From positions 717 through 64,716 of the forward strand of contig VGIW01000007.1 in the NCBI GenBank assembly GCA_016867715.1: a DNA stretch of 64,000 nt, read 5' to 3'. This DNA is from Candidatus Eiseniibacteriota bacterium (GTDB lineage Bacteria > Orphanbacterota > Orphanbacteria > Orphanbacterales > Orphanbacteraceae). A program made the position numbers and the translations under genes. Below the pieces are notes generated by a model. The model did no database searches. It saw only the letters and a program-made list of their open reading frames with translations, and was not told the DNA's origin. Within the stretch, counting starts at the first letter, position 1. Each line of letters begins with the position of its first letter. This document shows, one piece after another, positions 45,307 through 54,419 of this stretch.

Positions 45307-47208
45307 CTAGCCCCTGAGCGCGACGGTGAGCACCATGATCACGATGCCGATCAGCGCGCCGCCCGCGATCACTCCGGCGCAGATCGTCTCCTGGTTCGCC
45401 ACGATGTTCACGTTCATCCACGACTTCGGGTTCGTGAAGCGCCGCGCGAGCAGCCAAAAGATGAACGCCCCGAGAAACATCAGCCATGAGTCGGAGAAGC
45501 GAAGCACGAACGCGAGCCCCATCCCGACTCCCGAGATCGGCCAGCGGTTCTTCGTCGTGATCTTCAGCACCTCGAAGAGAATCCCGAGCGTCGCGCCGAT
45601 CACGACGGCGACGAGCGCGGTGACGTGCAGGATGCTGAAACCTCGCGTGAGCACCTCCGCGACCGCTTTCCAGATCATCGCCGCGATCATCGGGAGGCGG
45701 TCCGTGCCGAACACCTCGATGTTCCCGCGGAAGAGTGCGTAGTAGAAGATCGGCGTGCAGGCGAAGCCTCCCGCGATGATCCCGAGCACGTGGCCCATCG
45801 CCTGAAGACGCGGTTTTCCGCCGAGCATGTAGCCCGGCTTGATGTTCATGAGGAGGTTCGACGCATGCCCCGCGACCTCGCCGGTGATCCCGGCGGTGAT
45901 GAGGTTCGTCGGCGCGTTCCCCGGCGCGAGGCCCGCGTACGTGAGCTGCGTGAGCTTGCCGAGCGCGCCCGTCGGCGTGATCGCAGTGAGGCCGGTCGCG
46001 TTGGCCGCGATCAGCGTGAACACGAACACGAGCGGGATCGCGACGACCCCGAGCCACCAGGAGATTTGGAAGAACGCGAGCCCCATCAGAACGATCACCG
46101 CCCCGATGACGGGAATCCCGATCGCGAAGACCTTCATAGGGAGCTCGATGTTTCGGAGAAGATCGGCCTCCGCCTCGGCGCTCTTCTTTCGCCCGATGTT
46201 CTTGAACGCGGCGAGGAGCATCTGGGGCTTCGAGAAGAAAGAGAAAAGCGAGGCGGTCGTCATCATCGCCACGCCTCCCCAGAGAGACCACATCGTGATC
46301 CCGCGGAACCCGGTCTCCGTGATGATCCCCTTCTGGACGAGGATCGGGGCGAGGATGAAGTAGTTCAGCACCGCCCCGATGATGAGCGAAACGCCGGTGC
46401 GGATCCCCATCAGCCCGCCCGCGCCGATCATGACGATCTCTGTGTCCCAGCGAATCGTGAGGTCGCGGAGCGGGGTTCCGAGAAGCTTCGGGGTCGTGAA
46501 CGAGTAGACGAAGTCATCCCAATGCTGCCAGTAATTGTTCACCCATTCGCCGAAACGGCGCGCGCCGAGCGCGATCCAAAGCCCGCCGTCCCGGATGAAG
46601 TTGATCGCTCCGGAGATCCCCGCGAAGGCGAGAAGAAGCTTCTCCTGGGAGATCCCGTCGGTCGTTTCCTTGTGACTGTGCAAGGTGTCCATCACGACGC
46701 CGGCCGCGCGCCCTTCGGGAAACGGGAACTGCTCGTCGTTGATGAACCGCCGCTTGAGGGGGAAGGCGAAGAGCACGCCGAGTATCGCGAGCACGATCAT
46801 CCAAGTGAGGGAGTGCCACATCGGGATCACCCGTCCGGTCACCATCATGTAGGCGGGAAGGCTCGCGATGAGCGGCGCGGTCATGTATCCGGCCGCGGTG
46901 GCGATCGACTGCATGATGTTGTTCTCGAGAACGTGGAACTCCTTCTGCCCCGAGATGCGCGAGATCGCGCGATGCAGAGCGAAGGCGAGGATGACCGCGG
47001 TGATCCCGACGCCGAGCGTCCATCCGGTGCGCACTCCGACATAGAGGTTGGTCAGCGAGAGAACGCCGCCGAGCAGCATTCCGGTGATCACCGCGCGCAA
47101 CGTGAACTGCGGAACGTCCCCTTTATAGACCTCGCGGTGCCACCACTCGTCCTTCTGCTTCAGCGTCCATGTTCGGACTTGTTCTTCCGTCAGCTGCTTG
47201 ATCGCCAT
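45307..47208 (-). CDS. OPT-family oligopeptide transporter
   Basis: 633 aa with 15-16 predicted TM helices, from MAIKQLTEEQVRTW... through NYFILAPILV... and GYMLGGKPR, which fit the bacterial OPT/YGL114w family. Confidence 0.85.
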   Translation of the reverse strand: MAIKQLTEEQVRTWTLKQKDEWWHREVYKGDVPQFTLRAVITGMLLGGVLSLTNLYVGVRTGWTLGVGITAVILAFALHRAISRISGQKEFHVLENNIMQSIATAAGYMTAPLIASLPAYMMVTGRVIPMWHSLTWMIVLAILGVLFAFPLKRRFINDEQFPFPEGRAAGVVMDTLHSHKETTDGISQEKLLLAFAGISGAINFIRDGGLWIALGARRFGEWVNNYWQHWDDFVYSFTTPKLLGTPLRDLTIRWDTEIVMIGAGGLMGIRTGVSLIIGAVLNYFILAPILVQKGIITETGFRGITMWSLWGGVAMMTTASLFSFFSKPQMLLAAFKNIGRKKSAEAEADLLRNIELPMKVFAIGIPVIGAVIVLMGLAFFQISWWLGVVAIPLVFVFTLIAANATGLTAITPTGALGKLTQLTYAGLAPGNAPTNLITAGITGEVAGHASNLLMNIKPGYMLGGKPRLQAMGHVLGIIAGGFACTPIFYYALFRGNIEVFGTDRLPMIAAMIWKAVAEVLTRGFSILHVTALVAVVIGATLGILFEVLKITTKNRWPISGVGMGLAFVLRFSDSWLMFLGAFIFWLLARRFTNPKSWMNVNIVANQETICAGVIAGGALIGIVIMVLTVALRG

Positions 47209-47375
47209 GCGACTCCCCCGACGCGGCTCCGCGGAACCGCGCCATTCGGTCTCTCAAGCCGATTCACGCTCGATCGATCGCGAGCGCGGCTCCGGTCATT
47301 GTAACGGGAAGGCGTTGGAAGCGACAACGCGAATCCAGGCGGGTTCGGGCCTCTCGGACCGCTCGGCCCCGCGCG

Positions 47376-47404
47376 TTGACATCCTCGACCCCCAAAGGTA
47401 AGAT
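47376..47404 (+). promoter_or_regulatory. Near-consensus sigma-70 promoter (TTGACA, 17 nt spacer, TAAGAT) upstream of the TIR-domain gene
   Basis: A perfect -35 hexamer and a 4/6 -10 hexamer with an ideal 17-nt spacer, about 50 nt upstream of the ATG at 47458. GGAG lies 9 nt before the ATG. Confidence 0.45.
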
Positions 47405-47457
47405 GATGCGGCATAGTCACGGACCATGGGCCGGCCGACTCTTCCGGAGACCAGCAA

Positions 47458-48507
47458 ATGCGGATCTTCATCGGGTGGTCGGGCGATTTGAGCCACAGAG
47501 TCGCCGTCCTTGTTAAGGAATGGCTCTCAGACGTTCTTCAGTCCGACAGACCTTTCGTTTCCTCCGAGGACATCAAGAAAGGCGCACGGTGGTCCTCCGA
47601 ACTCGCCGCGGTTCTAAAGGAATGCTCGTTCGGCATCTTCTGCGTTGTTCCAAGCAACGCTCGGGCTCCTTGGATGAACTTCGAAGCAGGTGCGATCGTC
47701 GGGGCTATGCCGACCTCCCGCGTGAGCACGTTCCTTTTCGGGGTCGACCAGTCGGTCATTCAGGATACGCCCCTTTCTATGTTCCAATCGACGGTGTACG
47801 AGGAGACGGATCTTCTCCGGCTCGTCCGCTCGATCAATGATCTGCGAGTCGAGGACCGGATGGACGAAACGCGGCTAAAGAGGAACTTCGGCGCATTCTG
47901 GCCACGTCTCAAGTCCGAGCTCGATGAGCTGCTCCTCGATGCCGCACGGCAACCGTCCCGAGCGGATCCGGATCGACGATTCTCATCCGACGTCGAGAGG
48001 AGGCTAAGCGAGGCGACCGACGACTGGTGGAAGCATCACGACATCGCGATCGAAGATGCCCTCTTTCGCCACATCGCGGGCAACTTGGGGGACTTCGTGG
48101 TCGCCGACCGCCAGCTCGGCTTTCTTGCTGTAGTGGCCTCGTACAAAGGCGAGAAGATGAGGCAATTCACCGAGATCGCGAAAAACAACTCGGTCGTGAT
48201 CCAAGCGCTGGTTGAGCACGTGGCCTTCCACGAGCACAAGCGGCCGGTTTGGCGTGCGGCCGCAATGCTCGAACGCTGCGATCCGGAGATGCTCGGCAAG
48301 AGACTCGCGGCGGCTCTCGCCGGACAAGTGGAGGGGGATGAGCGGCGGCATCTGCTCTCCTCAGTGATCCCCGAGCGCCGAACCTACGCCTACATCGAGG
48401 CACACATCGAGAGCGAGATCATTGAGGCCGAGAGGGAGAAGTCCAGGAAGACGCTCGCCGATTTGCGGCGGCAGCTGGGCGAACCACCGCGAGCCCCGGT
48501 GGAGTGA
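47458..48507 (+). CDS. TIR-domain protein (DUF1863 / TIR_2-like N-terminal domain, about 130 aa) fused to an uncharacterised roughly 210-aa alpha-helical C-terminal domain
   Basis: N-terminal MRIFIGWSGDLSHRVAVLVKEWL...PFVSSEDIKKGARWSSELAAVLKECSFGIFCVVPSNARAPWMNFEAGAIVGAM matches the bacterial TIR-like pattern (xFISYSxxD ... S.EDI..G..W...I...I..S...I.V.S.....S.W...E.G). The C-terminal domain matches nothing I recognise. The gene looks notably lower in GC than its neighbours by eye. Confidence 0.75.
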   Translation: MRIFIGWSGDLSHRVAVLVKEWLSDVLQSDRPFVSSEDIKKGARWSSELAAVLKECSFGIFCVVPSNARAPWMNFEAGAIVGAMPTSRVSTFLFGVDQSVIQDTPLSMFQSTVYEETDLLRLVRSINDLRVEDRMDETRLKRNFGAFWPRLKSELDELLLDAARQPSRADPDRRFSSDVERRLSEATDDWWKHHDIAIEDALFRHIAGNLGDFVVADRQLGFLAVVASYKGEKMRQFTEIAKNNSVVIQALVEHVAFHEHKRPVWRAAAMLERCDPEMLGKRLAAALAGQVEGDERRHLLSSVIPERRTYAYIEAHIESEIIEAEREKSRKTLADLRRQLGEPPRAPVE

Positions 48508-48610
48508 TTCCGGGAGAGGCGGTATCCCAAGGCACGGCGACCCATGAACTCGAGGTGTGGAGCGCCGTGGAACTTCAACAAGAGCCACTTGCCGGATGGA
48601 GCGATTCGCG

Positions 48611-49915
48611 TCACGTGCAGGCCGGCGCGACGAGCCGCCGAAGCCAAAGGAAGAGAAGCACCGCGTGGGCGAGGAGAGCGGCGCCGACCGCTTGGTGCGC
48701 GGTCGTGATCGCGATGTCCGCCGCCGAAGGGGGCCCGGCTTCAGGCGAGAGGTTGACCGCGACGAGAGCGGTGAAACCGAGCACGATCTGGACGCCGAGA
48801 AGGGCGATGAAGAGGAGGCCGGTCCGGCGAAGGGCGGGCACGTCCGCATAGAGACCCCACGCACGCGCTCCGGAGACGGCGCCGAACACGAGAACGACGA
48901 CCGCAAGACCGATATGAAGATGAAGGCCTCCCGCGAAATGCCTCTCTACGGCGCCCGTGGCGATTTGGACAACGAGAAGAAGAAGAAGCGGGACGGAGAG
49001 GCTTCGATCCGCCGCCGCCGAGCGCTTCGCGATCTGCGCGGAGCTCTCGATCCACCGCGCTGAGAGAAAGACCGCGAGCGCGACCGTCATGCCGAAGAAG
49101 AGCTGCGCCACGACGCCGTGAACGAGCGCGAGAAGAAGACTCGGCGCCATCTCTTCCGGTGACGTGCTCAAAGTCGGCCTCCCCGTGACGCGCATGCCGC
49201 CGAGGAAGCCCTGCGCGATCATGAGAACGAGCGCCCCCGCGGCGAACCCCTTGAGCCACGGACGGCGGTCGTGTCGAAAGACGCGAATCGCGAGGACGAG
49301 CGTCGCGAGGCCGACCAGCGTTCCGAGAAGCCGGTGGGCATGCTCGTAGTAGATGTCTTCCGACATCTTCGCGAGCGGATAGAGAAACATATTATACCCA
49401 AAGGAATTTGGCCAGTCGACGACCGCGAGACCGGCGCGCGCGCCCGTGACGATCCCTCCGGCGACGAGAAGGAGAAACGTGGCGGCGACGAGGATGATGG
49501 CGAGGGCGCCGGTCCAGTTGCGCGGCGGCGGCCTCTCCCGTGCGCGGCGCGAAGCCCCGCCGATCCCGCCGAGACAAGCGCCGAGGAGAAGAGACCCGAC
49601 GATCCAGGCCGGGGCCGAGGGACCGAACCGGTTCGGCTCGGGCGACGCGATCACGCTCCCCAGGATGAGAAGGTTGATGAGCGAAGCAATGAGCCCGGTC
49701 TTCGCTCCGGCCTTTGCGCCGTCCCCCGTGAGGCGAGCCGCAAGGCGTCCGCCGGCGACGAGAAGAAGAAGGAGGACCGCAAGCGTGAGGGTGCCTGGCG
49801 CTTCGACCCCTGGGAATCGACAAACGTACGCGGCGGTCCACATCGCGACCGCCGTTCCGAAGCCGAGCGCCAGGGAAGAACCGGGACCGGGAATCTTCTC
49901 CGGATCGACGTTCAT
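48611..49915 (-). CDS. ctaA: Heme A synthase (CtaA / COX15 family)
   Basis: 434 aa polytopic membrane protein with paired His-containing helices (HRLLGTLVG, HQAVGAALLAH), as in COX15/CtaA. It lies next to ctaB and the cox genes. Confidence 0.8.
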   Translation of the reverse strand: MNVDPEKIPGPGSSLALGFGTAVAMWTAAYVCRFPGVEAPGTLTLAVLLLLLVAGGRLAARLTGDGAKAGAKTGLIASLINLLILGSVIASPEPNRFGPSAPAWIVGSLLLGACLGGIGGASRRARERPPPRNWTGALAIILVAATFLLLVAGGIVTGARAGLAVVDWPNSFGYNMFLYPLAKMSEDIYYEHAHRLLGTLVGLATLVLAIRVFRHDRRPWLKGFAAGALVLMIAQGFLGGMRVTGRPTLSTSPEEMAPSLLLALVHGVVAQLFFGMTVALAVFLSARWIESSAQIAKRSAAADRSLSVPLLLLLVVQIATGAVERHFAGGLHLHIGLAVVVLVFGAVSGARAWGLYADVPALRRTGLLFIALLGVQIVLGFTALVAVNLSPEAGPPSAADIAITTAHQAVGAALLAHAVLLFLWLRRLVAPACT

Positions 49916-50085
49916 CGGCGCACCCCTTTCGAATCGGGCGGACCTCTCTCCGGGTGAAGTCTCTCAGGAGCGAGCTGGCGATGGGAAGGAAAAGTTGCCG
50001 GCGGCCGGTGGGCGACATAGTATCAGGAAGGCGCCCCGCGCGCGACCTCGCGCGAACCGCAGCGGATGCGAAGGAAGAACCTATC

Positions 50086-51066
50086 GTGCTTCGACTTCTT
50101 CTTGTCTATCTCGATCTCTCGAAGGCGCGCCTTTCGGCTCTCGTCGTGGCGACCGCCGCGGTTTCCTACATCGCCGCGCGCGGCGAGGAACCGATCGGCC
50201 TTCTTGGTCTTTCTTGGACCGCGATGGGGACCGCCCTCGCGGCGGGGGGCGCGAACGCCCTAAACCAGGTTCTCGAGGCGGACAGAGACGGCCTGATGGC
50301 GCGAACGAGCGGCCGTCCGTTCCCCGCGCGAAGAATCGGACGGCTTCACGGAGTTCTCTTCGGTCTCGCCGCCGCGATCGGAGGTCCGGTTCTCCTCGCC
50401 CTCTCGGTGAATCGTCTTGCTGCGTTGCTCGCGCTCGCGGCGGTCGCGCTCTACGTGCTCGCCTACACCCCGCTCAAGACCCGGAGCCCCGCGTGCACGC
50501 TCGTGGGGGCGGTCTCCGGCGCGGTGCCGCCCGTCATCGGATGGACGGCGGCGACGGGGCGGATCGACGCGGGCGGTCTTCTTCTCGGGGGGATTCTCTT
50601 TGCGTGGCAAGTTCCGCATTTCCTCTCTCTCGCGTGGATGCACCGAGAGGAGTACGCGCGCGCGGGCTTCCGCATGCTCCCCGTGCTCGATCGAACGGGC
50701 CGCGTCGTCTTCCGCATGATCGTTCTCTACAGCCTCGTGCTCATCCCCGCGGCGCTCGCGCTTGTTCTCGTCGGCGCGGCGGGACCCGTATACGCCGCGG
50801 GCTCGCTCCTTCTCGGCATCAGCTTCCTGTTCTTCGGGAAGCGATTCGTCGATCGGCGGACCGCCGGCGAGGCGAAGCGGCTCTTTCTCGCGAGCGTGGT
50901 CTACCTTCCGCTCCTCTTGGGGCTTCTCGCCCTCGATCGCGGTCCGGCCGGCAATCTCGTGCGGCCCGCGCGAGCGGAGACGGCGCTATCCGAGGACTCG
51001 TCCGATCGGTTCGGAATGGGCGAAGGTATGATCGGAGAGAGCGAGACATCCGCGAGCGCCTTCTGA
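50086..51066 (+). CDS. ctaB: Protoheme IX farnesyltransferase (heme O synthase CtaB/CyoE). The preferred start is GTG at 50086 with RBS GAAGGAAG; the ORF track begins at 49954.
   Basis: UbiA-family motifs are NQVLEADRDGLMARTSGRPFPARRI (Asp-rich) and ...YLDLSKARLSALVV at the N-terminus. Confidence 0.8.
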   Translation: MLRLLLVYLDLSKARLSALVVATAAVSYIAARGEEPIGLLGLSWTAMGTALAAGGANALNQVLEADRDGLMARTSGRPFPARRIGRLHGVLFGLAAAIGGPVLLALSVNRLAALLALAAVALYVLAYTPLKTRSPACTLVGAVSGAVPPVIGWTAATGRIDAGGLLLGGILFAWQVPHFLSLAWMHREEYARAGFRMLPVLDRTGRVVFRMIVLYSLVLIPAALALVLVGAAGPVYAAGSLLLGISFLFFGKRFVDRRTAGEAKRLFLASVVYLPLLLGLLALDRGPAGNLVRPARAETALSEDSSDRFGMGEGMIGESETSASAF

Positions 51067-51132
51067 TCCTCGGCCGATGCGGGAAGAAAAGACAGGGAGC
51101 CGCGAACTGCTCCTTCGTCGTCGAATGCTCTC

Positions 51133-52584
51133 TCAATCTTCGACGTAGCCGAGCGATCGAAGCTCCTCGATCAGGCCGGAGTCCGCGAACTCCTCCACGG
51201 TCTCGGCGGAGCCTTGAAGAAGGCTCGCTCTCTTCTCCTGAAGGGACAGAATGCGCTCGATTGAATCGGCGAGCGCGCGCACGATTTCCGGATGGTTTTC
51301 GTGAACGCTCCCAAGCTCGTGCGGATCCGACCGAAGATCGTACAGCTCTTCATGAAATTCGCCAATCCTCCTCTCGACCCGGACGTACTTCCATCCGTTG
51401 GACGTCAGCGCCTTTCTGCGCTCGAGGCCTAGAAAACGCCGACCGCTCTCCTGGCTCAATACCGCACGGGGCCGCCAGCCGCGGGCAAGCACGTCCCGTC
51501 CGCTCGCCTGCTGACGAAAGCCCGCGAACGCATCCGATTCGACGAGCCCAAGAAGGGTCGGGAGCGCGTCCACCGAAGAAACCAGTTCCGCTATTCTCCG
51601 GGCGTCCAACCCGGGCGCGCGGATCATCATCGGGGTTCGCACCTGCTCCTCCCAAGTCGTTCCGTGGGCCAGCCATTCGTGCTGGCCAAGTCCCTCTCCG
51701 TGATCGCCGATCAACAGAACCACGGTCTCATTCCAATCGGGCCGCGAACGGAGACGGTCCAGCAATCGTCCAAGCGCATGATCCATAAAACGAATCTCGC
51801 CGTCATACGAATTGATCGACGCCCGGACGTCTTCCACCGGCTCAGAGAGGCTGATAACCAAGCTGTCCGGGATGCCTCGCTCTCTCATGTGGCGCTCGAG
51901 CGCCTCATCGAACAAGTACATCGACCGGAAAGGCTCAGGAGCGAGGTAGAGCCTGTGAGGGTCGAAGTAGTGGACCCAGATGAAAAAGGGACTCGCGGAG
52001 AGGGTGTCGATCCACGCGAGGACGGAGTCCGTTGTTTCGTCCGCGCCTCGCCGAATCTCCTCGGGTTCGTTGAACGTCTCGAATCCGGCGGCGATTCCGG
52101 TCGCTCTCTTGACCGGCGCGGCGCTGACGAAGGCGGCAGTACGATAGCCGGCGTCCTTGCAAGCTTCTGCGAACGATTGAAGCTGACCCGTGGATTGGAA
52201 GCGCCTGTTTCCACTTGAGAGGTTCGCCAAGATCCCGTGCTCGATTGGATAAGTCGAGGTCAAGATGGAGACGTGACTCGGCAGGGTTGTGGCCATCGGG
52301 ACGATGCAGCGCTCGAAGACCGCCGATTCCGCCGCAAGCGCATCGATGGCCGGGGACGTATCTCGGAAATAGCCGTAGCACCCGAGATGATCCGCGCGCG
52401 CGGTGTCGAGGGTGATCAGCACGAAGTTCGGCCAGTCGAGTCGTGTCCCCTTCGAGCATCCGGAGGTCGCAATTGCAGCGGCGATCACAGCGGTGACTAT
52501 CCGAAGAATCCGTGATCTCCACCGGGGGGCGTGCCGCGCGTTCGATCGTGAATTGCCCGCCATGGGTCGAAGATATCGCCGCAA
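51133..52584 (-). CDS. Sulfatase-like hydrolase/transferase (alkaline-phosphatase superfamily) lipoprotein
   Basis: 483 aa with a lipoprotein signal ...IAAAIATSGCSKG. PF00884-type N-terminus is NFVLITLDTARADHLGCYGY, where the usual CxPxR formylglycine motif is replaced by TARAD. GDHGEGLGQHEWLAHG is also present. Confidence 0.8.
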   Translation of the reverse strand: MRRYLRPMAGNSRSNARHAPRWRSRILRIVTAVIAAAIATSGCSKGTRLDWPNFVLITLDTARADHLGCYGYFRDTSPAIDALAAESAVFERCIVPMATTLPSHVSILTSTYPIEHGILANLSSGNRRFQSTGQLQSFAEACKDAGYRTAAFVSAAPVKRATGIAAGFETFNEPEEIRRGADETTDSVLAWIDTLSASPFFIWVHYFDPHRLYLAPEPFRSMYLFDEALERHMRERGIPDSLVISLSEPVEDVRASINSYDGEIRFMDHALGRLLDRLRSRPDWNETVVLLIGDHGEGLGQHEWLAHGTTWEEQVRTPMMIRAPGLDARRIAELVSSVDALPTLLGLVESDAFAGFRQQASGRDVLARGWRPRAVLSQESGRRFLGLERRKALTSNGWKYVRVERRIGEFHEELYDLRSDPHELGSVHENHPEIVRALADSIERILSLQEKRASLLQGSAETVEEFADSGLIEELRSLGYVED

Positions 52585-52623
52585 GAGAATCGGGTCAAGT
52601 GGAGGTCGCGAGAGGACGTCCCG

Positions 52624-53151
52624 CTACGCGTTCCCGATGAGCAGGACAGCGAAGAGCACGATCCACGCGGCGTCGAGGAAATGCCAGTACAGCGCGCAGG
52701 ATTCGATCCCACCGGGCTCGGAGGCGGAGGACGGGCCGCGATAAGCTCTCGCCGCGACGATCGCGAGGGCGATGAGTCCTCCAAGCACGTGAGCTGCGTG
52801 CAATCCGGTCAACATATAAAACGTAAAGCCGAAAAGAGCGCTCGGCGCGGTCTTTTCGATGGGACCGAGCGCGTTCCAGTTTCGGACTTGGATCACGAGG
52901 AAGAGGATGCCGAGGGCGAAGGCGACAACGAGCGCGCGCCGCGCCGCGGTCTTCTTGCCCGCCCGGGTGCTCGTCTTCGCGAAGTGTACCGCTCCCCCTG
53001 CGAGAAGGAGGACGAGCGTGGCAAGCCAAAGACCCGCCGGAAGAGAAGGGGCGCCGGCGGGAGGCCACTCCGGTGCGCGGAGCCTCACGACGAGATAGCC
53101 GGCGATGCTCGCCGCGAAGAGAACCGAGAGCGAGAGGAGAAAGAGGAACAT
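52624..53151 (-). CDS. Second cytochrome c oxidase subunit III-like protein (short, 4-5 TM)
   Basis: About 175 aa from MFLFLLSLSV.... The C-terminus GFTFYMLTGLHAAHVLGGLIALAIV...ALYWHFLDAAWIVLFAVL is the conserved CoxC helix VI-VII signature. The start is uncertain and may extend upstream via GTG. Confidence 0.6.
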   Translation of the reverse strand: MFLFLLSLSVLFAASIAGYLVVRLRAPEWPPAGAPSLPAGLWLATLVLLLAGGAVHFAKTSTRAGKKTAARRALVVAFALGILFLVIQVRNWNALGPIEKTAPSALFGFTFYMLTGLHAAHVLGGLIALAIVAARAYRGPSSASEPGGIESCALYWHFLDAAWIVLFAVLLIGNA

Positions 53152-53222
53152 TCCGAGACGCCGGTCGCTCCCCGCCCGGGCGCCCGCCCCGCCCGCGCCG
53201 ATCGTTTCGGAAGGGGGGTGGT

Positions 53223-53588
53223 TCACGGCCGCACCGCGGGAGCGTAGCCCGGAATCAGCTCGTGCTGGTAGTGCGCGGTGTCGAGAAGTGCGAGCCCAAC
53301 GAAGAGAACGACGAAGAGGAGCGATCCGACAAGCGCGATCGCGTGAAAGGGCTGATCGTAGCGGAGGTGCATGAAGTAGAGGCCGACGAGAGTCGCCTTC
53401 ACGAACGCGATGCCGAGCGCGATCCAGAGGTTGAGCGATCCGAGTTCGACGCGGACCGCCCCGACGGTCGCGAGGCTGAGAAGAACGAGCGCGAACCAGA
53501 CGGCAAGGAGGACGCGGAGCGGAACGATGTGCCCCAATGATTCCGCCTCCCGGCTTTCGTGCTCTCTCTCGCTTCGGATTTCGCTCAT
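53223..53588 (-). CDS. Cytochrome c oxidase subunit IV (prokaryotic CtaF-like small membrane subunit)
   Basis: About 121 aa from MSEIRSEREHESREAESLGHIVPLRVLLAVWFALVLLSLAT..., with 3 TM segments. It sits between the two subunit-III genes. Confidence 0.6.
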   Translation of the reverse strand: MSEIRSEREHESREAESLGHIVPLRVLLAVWFALVLLSLATVGAVRVELGSLNLWIALGIAFVKATLVGLYFMHLRYDQPFHAIALVGSLLFVVLFVGLALLDTAHYQHELIPGYAPAVRP

Positions 53589-53620
53589 TGTGCTTCTCCT
53601 GCACGTCTTCCGTTCGCTCT

Positions 53621-54418
53621 CTAGTGAATCAAGTAGAGAAGCGGGAAGAGAAAGATCCAAATCAGGTCGACGAGGTGCCAATACAATCCCGCCCGATCGA
53701 CCGGCTCGAAGTTCGAAGGACCGTACGCGCCGCCGCGCGCCCGAACGAACACCCACCCGATCACCAAGAGCCCCGCGATCACGTGAAGACCGTGGAGGCC
53801 GGTCATCGCGAAGTAGACGCCGAAGAAGAGATGGACGTTGCGCGGCTCCTTCGCGCTCGCGTGCGCCGCGCGTTCCTCGTCGGTGGAGGAGGCGAGCCCG
53901 GGCGGACCGATCGCCGCCGGCGGGATGTTCGTCCGATCCCCGGGCGGCGTCTCCCGGGGGATCTCCGGCGCGGAAGAATGTTCCTGCGCCGTCTCCGGGT
54001 GATGCGGCCGGTACTGCTCTCCCCACAGGAGCCCGTGCTTCCACTTGTGCTCGTACTCGACGATCTTCACGCCGAGGAACGCGCCTCCGCCGAGAAGAGT
54101 GAGCGCGAGAAGAAGCGTAAGGAGACGCCTGTTGCCGAGCTGTGCGGAGCGGACCGCCCAAGCCATCGTGAGGCTGCTCGTGATGAGGATGAGCGTGTTG
54201 AGCGCGCCGAGCCGGGCATCGAGAAAGCGATGCGCGTAAACGAAAACCTCGGGATGGTTCCCTCGATAGACCGCGTAGGCCGCGAAGAGACCGCCGAAGA
54301 GAAGAACCTCCGTGGCGAGGAAGATCCACATTCCCAGCTTGCCGGACTCGTAGGCCTGGCGCGGCGTCGCGAAATGATGCGGGATCTCGCGCGCGGCGCT
54401 CTGTTCGGACCGTCTCAA
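53621..54418 (-). CDS. ctaE: Cytochrome c oxidase subunit III (CoxC/CtaE)
   Basis: The likely TTG start just after the coxA stop gives MRRSEQSAAREIPHHFATPRQAYESGKLGMWIFLATEVLLFGGLF..., then HLFFGVYFAMTGLHGLHVIAGLLVIGWVFV and LYWHLVDLIWIFLFPLLY. The ORF-track upstream extension overlaps coxA and was rejected. Confidence 0.8.
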   Translation of the reverse strand: MRRSEQSAAREIPHHFATPRQAYESGKLGMWIFLATEVLLFGGLFAAYAVYRGNHPEVFVYAHRFLDARLGALNTLILITSSLTMAWAVRSAQLGNRRLLTLLLALTLLGGGAFLGVKIVEYEHKWKHGLLWGEQYRPHHPETAQEHSSAPEIPRETPPGDRTNIPPAAIGPPGLASSTDEERAAHASAKEPRNVHLFFGVYFAMTGLHGLHVIAGLLVIGWVFVRARGGAYGPSNFEPVDRAGLYWHLVDLIWIFLFPLLYLIH

Positions 54419-54419
54419 C

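Noticed and set aside
47458-48507. Interpreting the TIR gene as the ThsB component of a complete Thoeris system
   Set aside because: No SIR2/SLOG/Macro ThsA-like gene lies within several kb on either side. The neighbours are an OPT transporter, heme A synthase and heme O synthase. It is therefore reported as an orphan TIR protein of unknown partnership.
51133-52584. True formylglycine-dependent arylsulfatase
   Set aside because: The N-terminal motif reads LDTARADHLGCYG rather than C/S-x-P-x-R. It is therefore called a generic alkaline-phosphatase-superfamily sulfatase-like hydrolase/transferase.
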